NCBI RefSeq assembly: GCF_006345805.1
Contig: NC_043000.1
Coordinates: 80,662,001-80,726,000 of the forward strand
DNA length: 64,000 bases
Direction of reading: 5' to 3'
Source: Octopus sinensis
Lineage: Eukaryota
Every line of letters starts with the position of its first letter. The first letter of the stretch is position 1. The notes below the pieces were generated by a model. The model was not told the DNA's origin, made no database searches, and saw nothing but the letters and a program-made list of their open reading frames with translations. Both the position numbers and the translations under genes were made by a program. Positions 9,964 to 22,600 of this stretch are shown here, piece by piece.

Positions 9964-11522
9964 AGTTCCGGTTGTTCAGTTGTCTTCTCTGTGCCCTTGA
10001 AGTCGTCACGCTGGTGTGCAGCGGACGAAAGTTGAATTGAAAGATGCTCTACCATAAGGTAAGATTTTTTGCTCTTTGAGTCCTGTAGGATTTGTTGCTT
10101 GTAGGTTTAATTTTTTGTACAAGCAAGGAGTCCTTATTGGATTCGGAGCTTTTTGTCTGCCGCGGTAGAGACGTGTGTGTTTTCTCACATAATTGTGAGA
10201 AATTGTTTTTGAAAATGTCTGTGGAGTACCTTTCGGCTGAAAATTATTTTCTTTGCCATCATTTGAACTCTGCTTCTTATCTATCATTTAGTTTAAAACA
10301 AAAAAAAAAAAAACTTTATTGAACTGTTATTTTTATTTTTTCTTCCCTTCTGTTGTGTCTTTCTTTTTTTGTGTATCCTTCTTCATTTGAAACTCTATTG
10401 TGAACTGTCTTTGAACTTTTTTTTAAAATGGCAAAGGAATTATTAGTGTGGGAATTGACACCTCCCAAGACATGACTAAAAGAGCTCGAAAGGAAGACGG
10501 AGGTGTTGAGGACTTATTCAAAGTCGCTTGATACCATAACTGTCTTCCTGAAAGCCACAATTCTGAAAGAGCTGGCAGAATACATGCCAGCCATTAAATT
10601 TATTTCACGGGGAGTCAAATATGCAACGGTCTGGTTGCTATTTAACTCCCCTCAAGAAGCTTGTGAATTTTCAAACCGGCCCCTAGAGGGCAAGGAAATT
10701 ATGTTCCTTCCCAGTTATTGTTGGAAGAAGCTGATGAGGGCTTGGGTCTGCGGCTTACCACCCGGAATTAAGCCTGAGTGGATAGAGAACTCTATCCGCC
10801 GGGGTCTGGGTGGTAGCAGTATCAAGCTGCTCAACATAAAAATTTTTCCTGCAGCTGATTGCGAGGGGTCAAAAGCTGCTTTGACCTGGTGGGTTGTGAC
10901 ACGCTGCCAGCATGTCCCAATGCTTCTTTGGCAGGTGTGCTGCTGGAGAAGGAATTTGTGGTCCTCTTCCATGAGGGAGGAACTTTGCAGAATGTGATCA
11001 GAAAAATTGAAAGGAAGGGCCGGTGGGAGGGGCTTCTGTCCTGCACGGAGGACCCTGAGTGGCCTTCACAGGTGGCTGCAGAGGTCTTATGGGAGACCGA
11101 TCTGTGCAGGATAATGAACTCCTTCCCAGTGGACTCCTTTAGATATATGGCCAAGTGGTCTGGCTTGGAACCGAATAGATGCTTCAATGAAGCGAGGAGC
11201 CTGGTCGGACAGAAAACTTGAAGTTATGGATGTTTGGACTGAAAAAGAGTCTACAAAATGTAAAAAGTGAGAGGAATATTGCCTCGTGTGTGTGTTTTTT
11301 TTCATTTTGGAACTATGTAAGAGGTTTATCACCTCACTGTGCTTTAAAGAAAAAACGAAAGAAAAAAAGAACAATGTTTTAGAGAAGCGAAAGTCGGCGG
11401 ACGCTTTTCGTCTTCTCCCATCCTTATCATCCTTGTATCATTATCATTCATCTCATTAATGTCTGTGTCCAGCCCGCAAGCTTCTCTCTGTGTGCTGCCC
11501 TTGTGGCAAATTTAATGAAATA
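9964..11522 (+). mobile_element. Non-autonomous non-LTR retroelement or retrocopy carrying only an L1/Tx1 ORF1-like reading frame (HAL1-like)
   Basis: Exact 15-bp TSD AAGAAGCTTGATTCC (9949-9963, 11523-11537); about 460-bp 5' leader, single decayed ORF, about 300-bp 3' trailer; no APE or RT motifs. Confidence 0.75.
10428..11221 (+). pseudogene. Decayed ORF1-like protein, about 264 aa when reconstructed
   Basis: aaaATGG at 10428 in frame with ORF 10503; TGA at 10473-10475 (possible CGA>TGA); one frameshift near 10890-10930 into ORF 10859-11221; ISRGVKYATVWLLF..FLPSY..RAWVCGLPPGIKPEW resembles RRM-type ORF1. Confidence 0.55.
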
Positions 11523-11665
11523 AAGAAGCTTGATTCCCAACAACATTGTTCCGAGTTCAATCCCACTGCATAGCACCTTGAGCAAGTGTCTTCTACTATA
11601 GCCACAGGCCAACCAAAGCTTTGTGAGTGGATTTGGTAGACAAAAACTGAAAGAAGCCCATCGTA

Positions 11666-11728
<63 letters not shown>

Positions 11729-11777
11729 ATATATATATATACACACACACACACATATATATATATATACATATATA

Positions 11778-11817
<40 letters not shown>

Positions 11818-12051
11818 TTGTGTGTCTTGTGTCTGTATTTGTCCCTGAACAATTGCTTGACAACCAATGGTGGTGTGTTTACCTCCCTGTAACTTAGTGG
11901 TTTGGCATAGGAAACTGATAGAATAAGTACCAGGCTTCGAAAGAATAAGTCCTGGGGTCAACTTCTTCAACTAAAACCCTTCAATGTGGTGCTCCAGCTT
12001 TGCCACAGTCAAATAACTAAAACAAGTAAAAGAATGAAAGAATAAAAGAAC

Positions 12052-12083
<32 letters not shown>

Positions 12084-12639
12084 ATTGAGCATATGTTTTG
12101 ATTCAATACAATCTAGCAGAATATTTTTACCTGGATCTAGTAAAACATTCCACTCCTATATTCTTGTTTTCTTTACCATATATTCAAAGCAAGGACAAGC
12201 TAGATTGTTATGGAAAAGAATTACATAATACAGAATAAGACAAAAACCGAATGTTTATATATTGATATTTTGAATGCATGTTTCCAGTTGTTATGTAAGA
12301 TAATTCTTACATAATACTACTTTCCTCAGTCATATATACATGAATGTATATAAAACCATTCAACTGTGTGTATTCTCATTTATCAAACTGTAACAAAATC
12401 TTCTGTATACCTTTTCACCAGTTTATGTGACAATATGCATAGCTTACAGTCCAACTATGTTTGTTTTACTTTAGTTATGTATTTATCACCCTGTCAACCT
12501 ATCAATCAATAAGCATATCCATCAATCCATATATCTATCGAATTGACCATACAATTAACTGACTATTAGTAGGTCAAATAATCTGAATGTGTGTTTGTAA
12601 GACACACAACCTATCTAAATGGATGAATGCATATAAAGT

Positions 12640-13220
12640 GTAATAATGCATGATTTATGCTTGTGTGTATGTAGAGATTGTGTAATGGATAAAAAAGGAA
12701 GGATGGAACAGATAACTGTATGGTTGTGTTATGTGTGTTAAGAATATATCTTTTTATATGGCTCTGTGTGTGTGTGTTTGTATGTGTGTGCAGGTGTGAA
12801 GCTAGTAGTTATGCTTATGTGCATATGTGAAGGTATGTATGTATAGGATTAGTGTTTGTGTGTGTTGTTTACTGAGTGTATTTGTGTATGTGTGTCTTGT
12901 GTTAGGATAGGTAAAATGTGTGTGTGTGTGTGAGTATGTGGGGGGGTAATTTGGGTTTATGGTTGTAAGGTAAGATAAGGTAATATGGTGTATGTCTCAG
13001 TGTATTTACATGTGTATATGTATGATTGCAATATGAGTGTGTAAAGTTAGTAGTTATGTGTTAGTAGTTCAGCATGTGTGTATAGTATGTTCTATGTCAA
13101 TGTACAGATTTATAGGACCTATTATATGTGGTCAACGAGGTGTATGTATGTGTGTGTGTTTGTGTGGGTGAGTGTGCTGTATGTGTATGTTGTGTGTGAG
13201 TGTGTGTGGTATGTACTGTG
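12640..13220. repeat. Degenerate TG-rich low-complexity tract
   Basis: Direct inspection. Confidence 0.85.
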
Positions 13221-13299
13221 CTGACGAGTAGATGGCTATGTGCTCATACCAGAGTGAGCGGAACATCACTGGTGGGAAATGAAGCATTGCCTGTTTTCA

Positions 13300-14410
13300 T
13301 AGCAGCAAATAGAGGAGCCATGGTGGAACTCACAGATTGAGAGGTGGAAAACAATGTGTATAGATTATTTGAAGTAACATTTAACAGGTAATGCTGTATA
13401 GCTTAAGTGATTGTAGATGTTTGATGATGCAGTCTGCAAACAGCCTGTTTTCCCAATACAGGAGACTATAGAACTAGCATTCAAGACAGTAAATGACATT
13501 TGTAGTGGTATAGATGGAATGGTCAGTATTAAGGTGGAATGGTCAGTGCTAAGGAAGGGATGTTTTGTGGTCAAAGAAGATAGTTGTACTGTAGATTTAA
13601 GGGCAAGTGTTATAATTGATTCAGGAGAAGGAGGATATGGTGTACATCAGAGTTGAAGTGCTATGGACTAAAAGATAATGCAGATTAAGGGCCCATTTGA
13701 AGGAAAGGGAAACTTTTTGAATATGGAAGACATGGAAGAGTGTGAGTGAAGGAGACAACATTGCAGAGGAGAGACCATTGAGGTAACGTATAGGGAGGAA
13801 AGTAAGGAGGAAAGGTAAACAGTCAAGGTGTGTAGGTATAGAGCAGGTGTGATTGCTAGATATGAGGGTGGATGTGCAATCAACGTTATGGATATGGGTG
13901 TAGGTATCATTTAGAAACGAGTGTGGGTCACCCGAACACCCAAATGAAGGGCCATCAGGTGAAAGTGAGTTTCAGAGATGTGATCCAAGCTACGAAGGCA
14001 GAAAAAGCATTGGAATTGTGAGAAGACGATGGAAGATAAGAGTTTTTGAGCAATTGGCTTGGAAAGAGGCAAAGGTTAGGTAACAGTGGGGTGTTTGGTC
14101 AATTTATAGAAAATGGACATAGAAAAGGAAAGGTTTGGATAGTCAATGGCGATAGACATGTCAAGGAAATTGACAGAGGAAGAGGAAATTGTGAAAGTGA
14201 AGTTGGTGTAAAAAGTTAATGTAATTGAAGTTGGACATGAGTGAAAGTGATGACACTGATACAATCATTGATGTTCTTGCTATACAGTTGTGGAATGGGA
14301 TCAGTGGACTGGACAAAGACGTAGGCTTCAATATAACTAATAAGCAGATTAGTGTAGCTATTGCTTCAGGTGAAGCCAAAAACTGGAATTCCATTGACAC
14401 TTTCATCTGA
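13300..14410 (-). mobile_element. Decayed Penelope-like element (RT plus GIY-YIG endonuclease remnants)
   Basis: Minus-strand pieces LYSKNINDCISV (YIDD-like), FTFTISSSSVNFLDMSI..SIFYKLT, NVIYCLEC*FYSLLYWENRLFADCIIKHLQ (GIY-YIG-like). Confidence 0.65.
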
Positions 14411-15148
14411 TTTAGTTGCAGACTGGACTTAAGTCTCATTATCCCCTCATATTCTTCAATCATTGCCATTCCTCTGACTTGGTTTCACTGAGCACTATCA
14501 CTTTTGTAAGTGATATAAGTGCGATGATAGTATTAAAGAAAAAAGAAGAAAAAAATTGAAATTGTGAAGAAATTAATTTAATCTTGGATTAATTTATCAT
14601 TTTGATGATTTCTGAAATAAAAAAAAATTAATCTTTTCAGAAAGAAATGTCAACAGTTAACTTGGAGTTTAGCTTGTTGTTTGAAGATTGTGTGGGTTGT
14701 ACTTAAAAATCTTCTAATTATTATGAACAAATCAGAAAAGCAACTACTAGTACTGATGCTATAACTGCTGGTGTCAGTGGTGGTGGTGGTGGTGGAGGTG
14801 ACAGCAGCAGCAGCATCAGCATCAGCGGCGGCGGTGGTGGTGGTGGCAGTGGTGGTGAGGGGTGGGAGGTTGTTAACATTTCACTGGCACATCAAATAAA
14901 TGGTCTGAGGTGGGGGGTTAAGTTTATGTAATTCATGACATATGGAAGACACAGACACAAATAAATGAGCTTACATCTACAATTCACTGAAGAAAAGATG
15001 TAACTAATCTAACAGTGTGTCAAAGGACTAAAAATTCTAATAGCTCTTTATTCATGACTAAGAATGCTACAAATACACACACATTTGCACATACATACAT
15101 ACACATTTACACATACATATGCACACACACAGATATATATTTTTTTTT

Positions 15149-17990
15149 TCAGGTACATGAAGCTACTGTCCCCCGTCCCAGGGTCTCTAGGGTCCATACC
15201 CCCCACACCCTCATGGATGGCACCATCAACGTTGGCACACTGAAAAGTAGGTCTGGTGAGATTGTTGAGATGCTTGAACGGAGATGTGTTGATATGTGTT
15301 GCATCCAAGAAGTGAGGTGGAGAGGAGGTTCTGCTAGGTTCCTCACAGGCAAAGAACACAGGTACAAGATTTTGTGGGATGGGAACACTGACGGAGTCGG
15401 GGGCGTGGGCATACTTCTTGCTGAAAAATGGGTAGATAAGGTAATTGAGGTAATCAGAGTATGTGACAGAATACTTAAGTTTAGATTAGTGCTTCATCAT
15501 GGATTACCAATCATTATATCGGCCTATGCCCCTCAGTCAGGGCTACCCGATGGACAGAAAGACCGATTCTATGACACCCTACTGCAGACTACCTCATTGA
15601 TGAACGACAGAGACCTTCTCCCGCGAGGAGGGAACCAGGCTGCTGGAGTTCTGCAATGCAAATGATCTTATGGTTTGCAACACTAACTTCAGGAAAACTA
15701 CCAGCCACCTAGTCACCTGCTGATGGGGCCGACATACTAGCCAAATTGACTACATCCTTGCCAGAAAAAAAGAAAGATGGCTGCTTATAAATGCCAAACG
15801 TTCCCAGGCGAAGAATGTACCCCACAACATAGACTGGTAGTTAGTGACTTTAGGATCAGGACTAAGAGGACAACCAGAAGACGACCAACATGGAGAAAAA
15901 GGGTCTGCAAGCTTAAAGATCCTGCGAATGGACAGTGATTTAGAGACATATTACTTGAAGACTTTGACAAAATAGAAGGGGATATAGCTTCACATGGGGT
16001 AGAAGACAACTGGAGGTTTCTAAGGGACAACCTGCTGAGAGCCACTGACCAGATCTGTGGATGGTGCAAAGTCCCCTATTAACCCAAAATAACGTGGTGG
16101 TGGAACAACATTGCAGACAGGGCTATCTGAGAAAAGAGACAGGCTTTGAAGGACTGGAAGAATGGTGGTAGCAGGGAATCGTATCAGACTGCCAGAAGAG
16201 AAGCTAGGAGACAGGTTTATTTAGCCAGAGAGGAAGCAGATAAGAAAAAATTTGCCAATGTCCTGTGCCATGAGGACAAAAGACTTGAGGTATTTCATGT
16301 TGCAAGACAGTGTGTGAGAGAGAACCGTGATGTGGTAGGAGAGAAATGTGTTCGCATGGATGATGGTTCAATTGCACTAAATGAGGCTGCAAAGGGAGAG
16401 GTTTAGAGACGCCACTATGAAAGGTTGCTGAACAAAGAAAATAAATGGGAGAAAGAGAGTTATCAAGCTCTTGGATTAGGTAATGAAGATCATGGAGAGG
16501 GTCATAGCCCAACTAATTAGGGAGAGAGTCAGTTTAGATGAGATGCAGTTTGGTTTCATGCCAGGGAAAAGCACCACTGATGCTATATTTCTGGTTAGAC
16601 AGTTGCAGGAGAAATACCTAGCCAAAGATAAGCCCCTGTACCTGGCTTTCTTTGATATGGAGAAAGCCTTTGACTCTCCTATTTATCATAGTCCTCCAGG
16701 CAATAACGGAGGAATTTGAGACAGGATGCCCCTGGGAGCTCCTCTATACTGATGACCTTGCTCTAATTGCTGAGTCACTATCAGAACTAGAGGAGAAGTT
16801 TCAAGTGTGGAAAGAAGGATTAGAATCGAAGGGCCTTAGAGTCAACCTAGCTAAAACCAAAGTCCTAATAAGTAGGAAGGCAGGCATACCACAAATCCCT
16901 TCAGGTAGATTGCTCTGCTCAATCTGTAGTAGAGGCGTAAGTAGAAACTCTCTAAGATGTACCCAGTGTAAGCTATGGACACATAAGAGGTGCAGTAATA
17001 TAAAAGGAAGGTTAACGGGGAAGATAGTTTTTGTATGTGGCAGATGCTCGGGAGCAATAAGCATGGAAAATGCACAGAGAACAACTTCCGCCACTTTCCA
17101 GGGAGAAAAACTAGAAGTAGTTGATAGTTTCCGTCACCTAAGTGACCTAGTTGGGGAGGGTGCGCTGGAAGTGTAGCTGCTTAGATAATAATAGCCTGGG
17201 CAATGTTCAGAGAGCTCTTACCTCTGCTGGTGACAAAGGGCCTCTTACTCAGAGTAAAATGTAGACTGTACGACGCATGTGTACGAACAGCCATGCTACA
17301 TGGCAGTGAAACTTGGGCTGTGATTGCTGAGGATATGCGTAAGCTCATGAGGAATGAAGCCAGCATGATCCGATGGATGTGTAATGCCAGTGTGCATACT
17401 CAACAGAGTGTTAGTACCCTGAGAGAAAGGTTGGACCTAAGAAGCATCAGATGTGGTGTGCAAGAGAAACGACTGCGCTGGTATGGCCATGTGGTGAGAA
17501 TGGATGTGGATAGCTGTATGAAAAAGTGCCACACCCTAGCAGTTGAGGGAACCTGTGGAAGAGGTAGACCCAGGAAGACCTGGGATGAGGTGGTGAAGCA
17601 TGACCTTCAAACATTAGGCCTCACCGAAGCAATGACTAGTGACCGGAACCTCTGGAAATATTCTGTGCTGCAGAAGACTCAGCAAGCGCAAGTGTGACCA
17701 TAACCTTGTGGCCTATGCTAGGAGGTAACCAGTCCGCTTATGCATGCCTTATCTTCATTGGACACAAAAAGCTGCTTGTGAAGACCAGTTGAGGCAAGTG
17801 AAATCGAAGTTGAAATTAAACATCCGTTGCTGGTGGAGTGCTAAGAGTACCATACGAGTGAGATCGTTGTCTGAGCAACAAACTGGCCTTTGTGCTGGTG
17901 GCACGTTAAGCACACCATTCGAGTGTGATCGCTACCGCATCACCTTACTAGCACTTGTGCTGGTGGCACATGAAACATTCGAGCGAGGAC
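15149..17990 (+). mobile_element. Near-full-length decayed RTE/RTEX LINE: APE, RT, PHD-like finger and 3' UTR, with internal deletions
   Basis: GTINVGTLKSRSGEIVEMLERRCVDMCCIQEVRW (APE), QFGFMPGKSTTDAIFLVRQLQEKY..DMEKAFD, YTDDL, RLRWYGHV; deletions near 16460 and 16675. Confidence 0.93.
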
Positions 17991-17991
17991 A

Positions 17992-18256
17992 TGGTAGATG
18001 GAAACTGAAAGAAGCCCATAGTATATGTGTATATATATGTATGTGTGTGCATGTTTGTGTGTCTGTGTCTGTGTCCCCAACATTGCTTGACAACCAATGC
18101 TGGTGTGTTTACATCCCTGTAACTTAGTGGTTCAGCAAAAGAGACAGACAGAATATGCTTACGAAAGAATAAGTCTTGGGGTCGATTTACTCGACTAAAG
18201 GTGGTGGTCCAGCATCGCTTTAGTCAAATGACTGAAACAAGTAAAAGAATAAAAGA
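17992..18256 (+). mobile_element. 3' half of the major SINE, fused to the RTE 3' UTR
   Basis: tggtagatggaaactgaaagaagccc..gactgaaacaagtaaaagaataaaagaat. Confidence 0.85.
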
Positions 18257-18482
18257 ATATGTTTAGATGGATGCATTCAAAATATGTCCGACAGGAAGAA
18301 TTATGGTCAGCTATGCATCTATCTCATCCGGAAAGATATAAACAACAGTCATCAAACAGACACTTTTACAGATATACGAAGCCCTAGAAAATGTGATGTA
18401 TTTATATGCATATGCACATACTTATATGCAACATGCATTCATAAACATATATATGTGTGTGTGTGTAGATAAATATATACAT

Positions 18483-18533
<51 letters not shown>

Positions 18534-18605
18534 ATATATACACATATATATATATATATATATACTATATATATATATATAGATATATATATATTATATA
18601 TATAT

Positions 18606-18682
<77 letters not shown>

Positions 18683-18879
18683 TATTACTGTGATCACCGT
18701 GATCACCGTGACCGACCAGGCTATCAATGTTGCTATACATCACTGGTCACAATGTGCTTCGCATTGTTTTATCCTTCAAATGACGCCCCCCCCCCCCCCC
18801 ATCGCTGGCTAAGCGAGCAGGCCAACAGAAGAAATTGTGAGAGAAAGTTGTGGCGAAAGAGTACAGTAGGGATTGCCAC

Positions 18880-18913
<34 letters not shown>

Positions 18914-19499
18914 TATATATATATAATATATATATATATATATTTATATTTTTACCGATACGAACATGTATACATGCAAACATATACATACTCATACATA
19001 CATACACACACATACACTCATAGAAATACTCACAGCATACACATAAATACAAATGTATACATTAATAGATGTTTACAACCATCTACTTATACACATAAAC
19101 ACATGGTCACATACACACACAAGAGCATACACATCCCAAAACATAGATAGACCAGAACACAGACATACACTTTTTTAAGCACATATACACTTTTGTACAC
19201 AAACATAGTATATGTGCATAGAGGAACAAAACCAGATATATAAGTATATACATATATGGAAAGCCTAGTAGTGAGGGAACACTAAAAAGTTTAAAGTGTC
19301 ATTAAAGAAATCAGAAGGTGAGAGAAGAAAAGGCATAGAAAGATAGGGAGGGGGAATAGAGAAAACAAAATAAAAAGGGAGAGAGAGAGAGAGAAGAGAG
19401 AGTAACGGGCAAAATTGTATAGATAAAAGGTAGGAAGAGTAAAAAAAGAAGGGAGGACTAAAGATTATGGTAAGTAAGATAGAAGAATAAAGAAAAAAC

Positions 19500-20495
19500 A
19501 ATTTGCAGAAAATCGTTATTAGGTAATGGGTAGATAGTATTTTGAAAATCGAAAAAGAATGTTTTTACCAGTGTGTACATCTGTAAACTCACTCTGTAAA
19601 CCTGTTAACCAGTTTATATTTGGAAAAGAAAATAAAATATTTCACTTCTGTACAAAGAGGACATAATGATTTCCCTTTATCTAGATAAAATTTTCCATTC
19701 AAAAGAAAAAAATTTGTTAGAGTCTTTAAGGTGTCAAATTAGTTTCCTAAGTCCAGTGGAGTTATACTTTTGATTGTATTTGAAGGTAGAGAAATGGCTT
19801 GCCAATCTGGATTTCAAAAAACATAGAGGATAAACCTATATAAAAAATTCCTTGTTACCAGGGGTAACCTTGCATTGGTACATGGCGTTTTTATTTCAGC
19901 TGTTTCCATTTAGGATGCAGGTTTTATTAGGGTCACAATTGCAAATGCTGGATACATTGATGTTATCATTTAAGGAGAGATTATATTTAATACTATTGTT
20001 AGTATCATACCTAGGTTTCGAATTTTATTTAGCAAATAAAATAAAGGGTATGATCATTAAAAAATAAGCTTTTATTTTTCATTCCCTTCGAAATTGCTCT
20101 TAAATGTGGTTTTGGTCGTTTTAACTGCTTCTATCGTGTAAAGCTGCTTGTACACTATTTTATATTGAGAATATATTGTCCATTGACTTTTTTATACATG
20201 CTAGGCCACTGGTAGTGAAATTTCTAAAAATCTTGCTGCCCTATATATTTTACATATATATACAGACAGATATAGATATCAATGTGAGTTTAAAGGGATA
20301 TACTATCCAGGTGGATAAAGTGGTAGCTCTCAGTTATGTTCCAGGTTATAGCTTACTACATTGATTAAAATTTAATGTCTATGACAACTAGGTTTTGCTA
20401 CACTGCAAATTCTTCCAATGGGTTAAATCTGAATGATATACTATAAGATAAAATGCAATAAACTTTCTGGATGTACCAGTCTCCATATTCTCTCT
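19500..20495 (-). mobile_element. Internally deleted Penelope-like element (GIY-YIG and partial RT)
   Basis: Minus-strand pieces CNCDPNKTCILNGNS*NKNAMYQCKVTPGNKE..IGLSSM..STFKYNQKYNSTGL..EWKILSR..CPLCTEVKYFIFFS, with stops and frameshifts. Confidence 0.7.
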
Positions 20496-20510
20496 CATTA
20501 TGATTATTGC

Positions 20511-21087
<577 letters not shown>

Positions 21088-21206
21088 TATATATACACAC
21101 ACAAATACATATATATATATATATACACATTTTTGTAGGTATATGTGTGCATATATGTACACCTATATATGTGTGTATGTACATATACACACACACACAC
21201 ATAGGT

Positions 21207-21858
21207 ATTTCATTTTTTTCATTTTCATCTAGTTTCAGCTCACGAGCTGTGGCCATGCTGGGGCACCACCATTTGGTGTTGCTACATGATTTTGCTTCAC
21301 GAATGCTTTTTAGCAATTGACATTTGGTGCATGAGAGAGATTGATGCAGCTGCCCTCATCTGCACCTCCTGTCGTGAAGTTGGTTCATCTGGGACACCTG
21401 ACAGGAAGAGATCCAGCTTTATTTTAAAGACATCCGCATCCACCCCATGCAGGTCTCTCATGTCCTTCGGGAGGAAATTGAATAGCTGTGGACCTCTGAA
21501 GCCCAGGCTATCACAGTATTTTGTCCTACATCTTGATGGCAAATTTGGAGTCCTTAGCACTATGCAGTGGCGCCCAGTTCTAGTATTTGTGTAACTCTCA
21601 AAGCCAAAGTTTGGGACAAGTCCTTCCAGGATCTTCCAGATGTATATTATGGCATATCTTTCTCGCCTATGCTCTAAGGAATAGAGTCTTAATCTCTTGA
21701 GTCTTTCCCAATAGCTTATATTCTGCATAGAGGCTATCTTCTTCATGTAGCTTCATTGGATTGCCTCAAGTTCTGTGATTAATTTGACACTGGTTGGTGA
21801 CCATAGCCGAGAGCAATAGTCAAAGTGGCTTAGGACAAGTGTCCTCCAGAGGACCACC
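21207..21858 (-). mobile_element. CR1/L2-group LINE 3' fragment with 3' stem-loop and (GAAAAT)-like tail
   Basis: ORF 21297-21746 SYWERLKRLRLYSLEHRRERYAIIYIWKILEG..GPQLFNFLP..FKIKLDLFLSGVPDEP. Confidence 0.9.
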
Positions 21859-22249
21859 TACATAAATGTATCCATACACTAATACAAATATACACACATG
21901 CATTTATATAAGATTCTTGCTCAGAAAGTAAGAGGTTTGCCAATGTTCAACAGCATGAAGATCAAAGTGGTGTATCACTTAGAGGAACCATCCATTGCAA
22001 CAAAAACGAAATGAGGCCCTAAAAGCATATCTTTTATGTTTGTGCTCCCACCTCTAATCAGTTCCTGTGAAGCCTCCCCTACGACTCATCTTCCTAATAC
22101 TCATCCCTCTAGCATACTTCTAACTGTGGTGCTACTGACTCAGTTGCTGTAGTTATGTGAGAGCAAAACCTGCATTTGTTGCATCCCTCTTTTGTGCTAC
22201 CATTTATCCCTCTCCTTGGAACCATCTCTTTTTGTCATGCTTAAAGTTT

Positions 22250-22600
22250 GAAACCCTGTGGTTTGAGATTCAGTCCCACTGTGGCACCTTGGGGAGGTGT
22301 ATTATGCTCTAGCCCCAGGATAACCAATGTCTTGTGAGTGAATTTGCTTGATGGAGACTGTGGAAACCTACCTGATATATATATATGTCTGTGTCTTTGT
22401 GATTGTTATCCTACCACCACTTGATAAGTTGTGTTGGTTTGTTAACATTTCTGTAAGTTAGCAGTTTACCAATAGAGACTGATGGAATACATAAAAGACC
22501 ATAAAAAGATAAGTGCTGGAGCTGATTTGTTTAACTAAGATCCCTTCAAGGCATGGGCTCCAGTATAGCCATAGTCCAATGACTGAAATGGACAATGAAT
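22250..22600 (+). mobile_element. Old diverged copy of the major SINE
   Basis: cagtcccactgtggcaccttggg..gtgagtgaatttg..caatgactgaaatg. Confidence 0.6.

Larger units (their letters stand above)
9928..12050 (+). mobile_element. Major tRNA-head SINE split by a 1.56-kb insertion (9928-9963 plus 11523-12050)
   Basis: Head gtgcaggtatggctgtgtggtaagaagcttgattcc resumes at 11523 aagaagcttgattcccaac..; tail aagtaaaagaat. Confidence 0.9.

Noticed and set aside
10059-10427. Strong donor AAG|GTAAGA and pyrimidine tracts in the leader of the ORF1-only element, suggesting an intron
   Set aside because: No convincing AG acceptor follows the long pyrimidine tract before the ATG, and a retrotransposed copy would be expected to have lost a sense intron.
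12131-12199. 69-nt candidate exon on minus with CAG|GTAAAA donor
   Set aside because: All three frames contain stops; there is no support for coding and a non-coding exon cannot be judged.
14161-14469. ORFs 14161-14469(-), 14225-14410(+) and 13417-13656(+) as host genes
   Set aside because: They overlap out of frame or antisense with the decayed Penelope-like RT and GIY-YIG sequence.
14641-14706. Acceptor tcttttcag followed by KEMSTVNLEFSLLFEDCVGCT*
   Set aside because: No good donor, no recognisable protein and no partner exons.
15139-15160. tttttttttttcag|gtac acceptor-like junction at the RTE 5' end
   Set aside because: Most simply a T-run abutting the truncated LINE; the downstream frame ends in a decayed APE.
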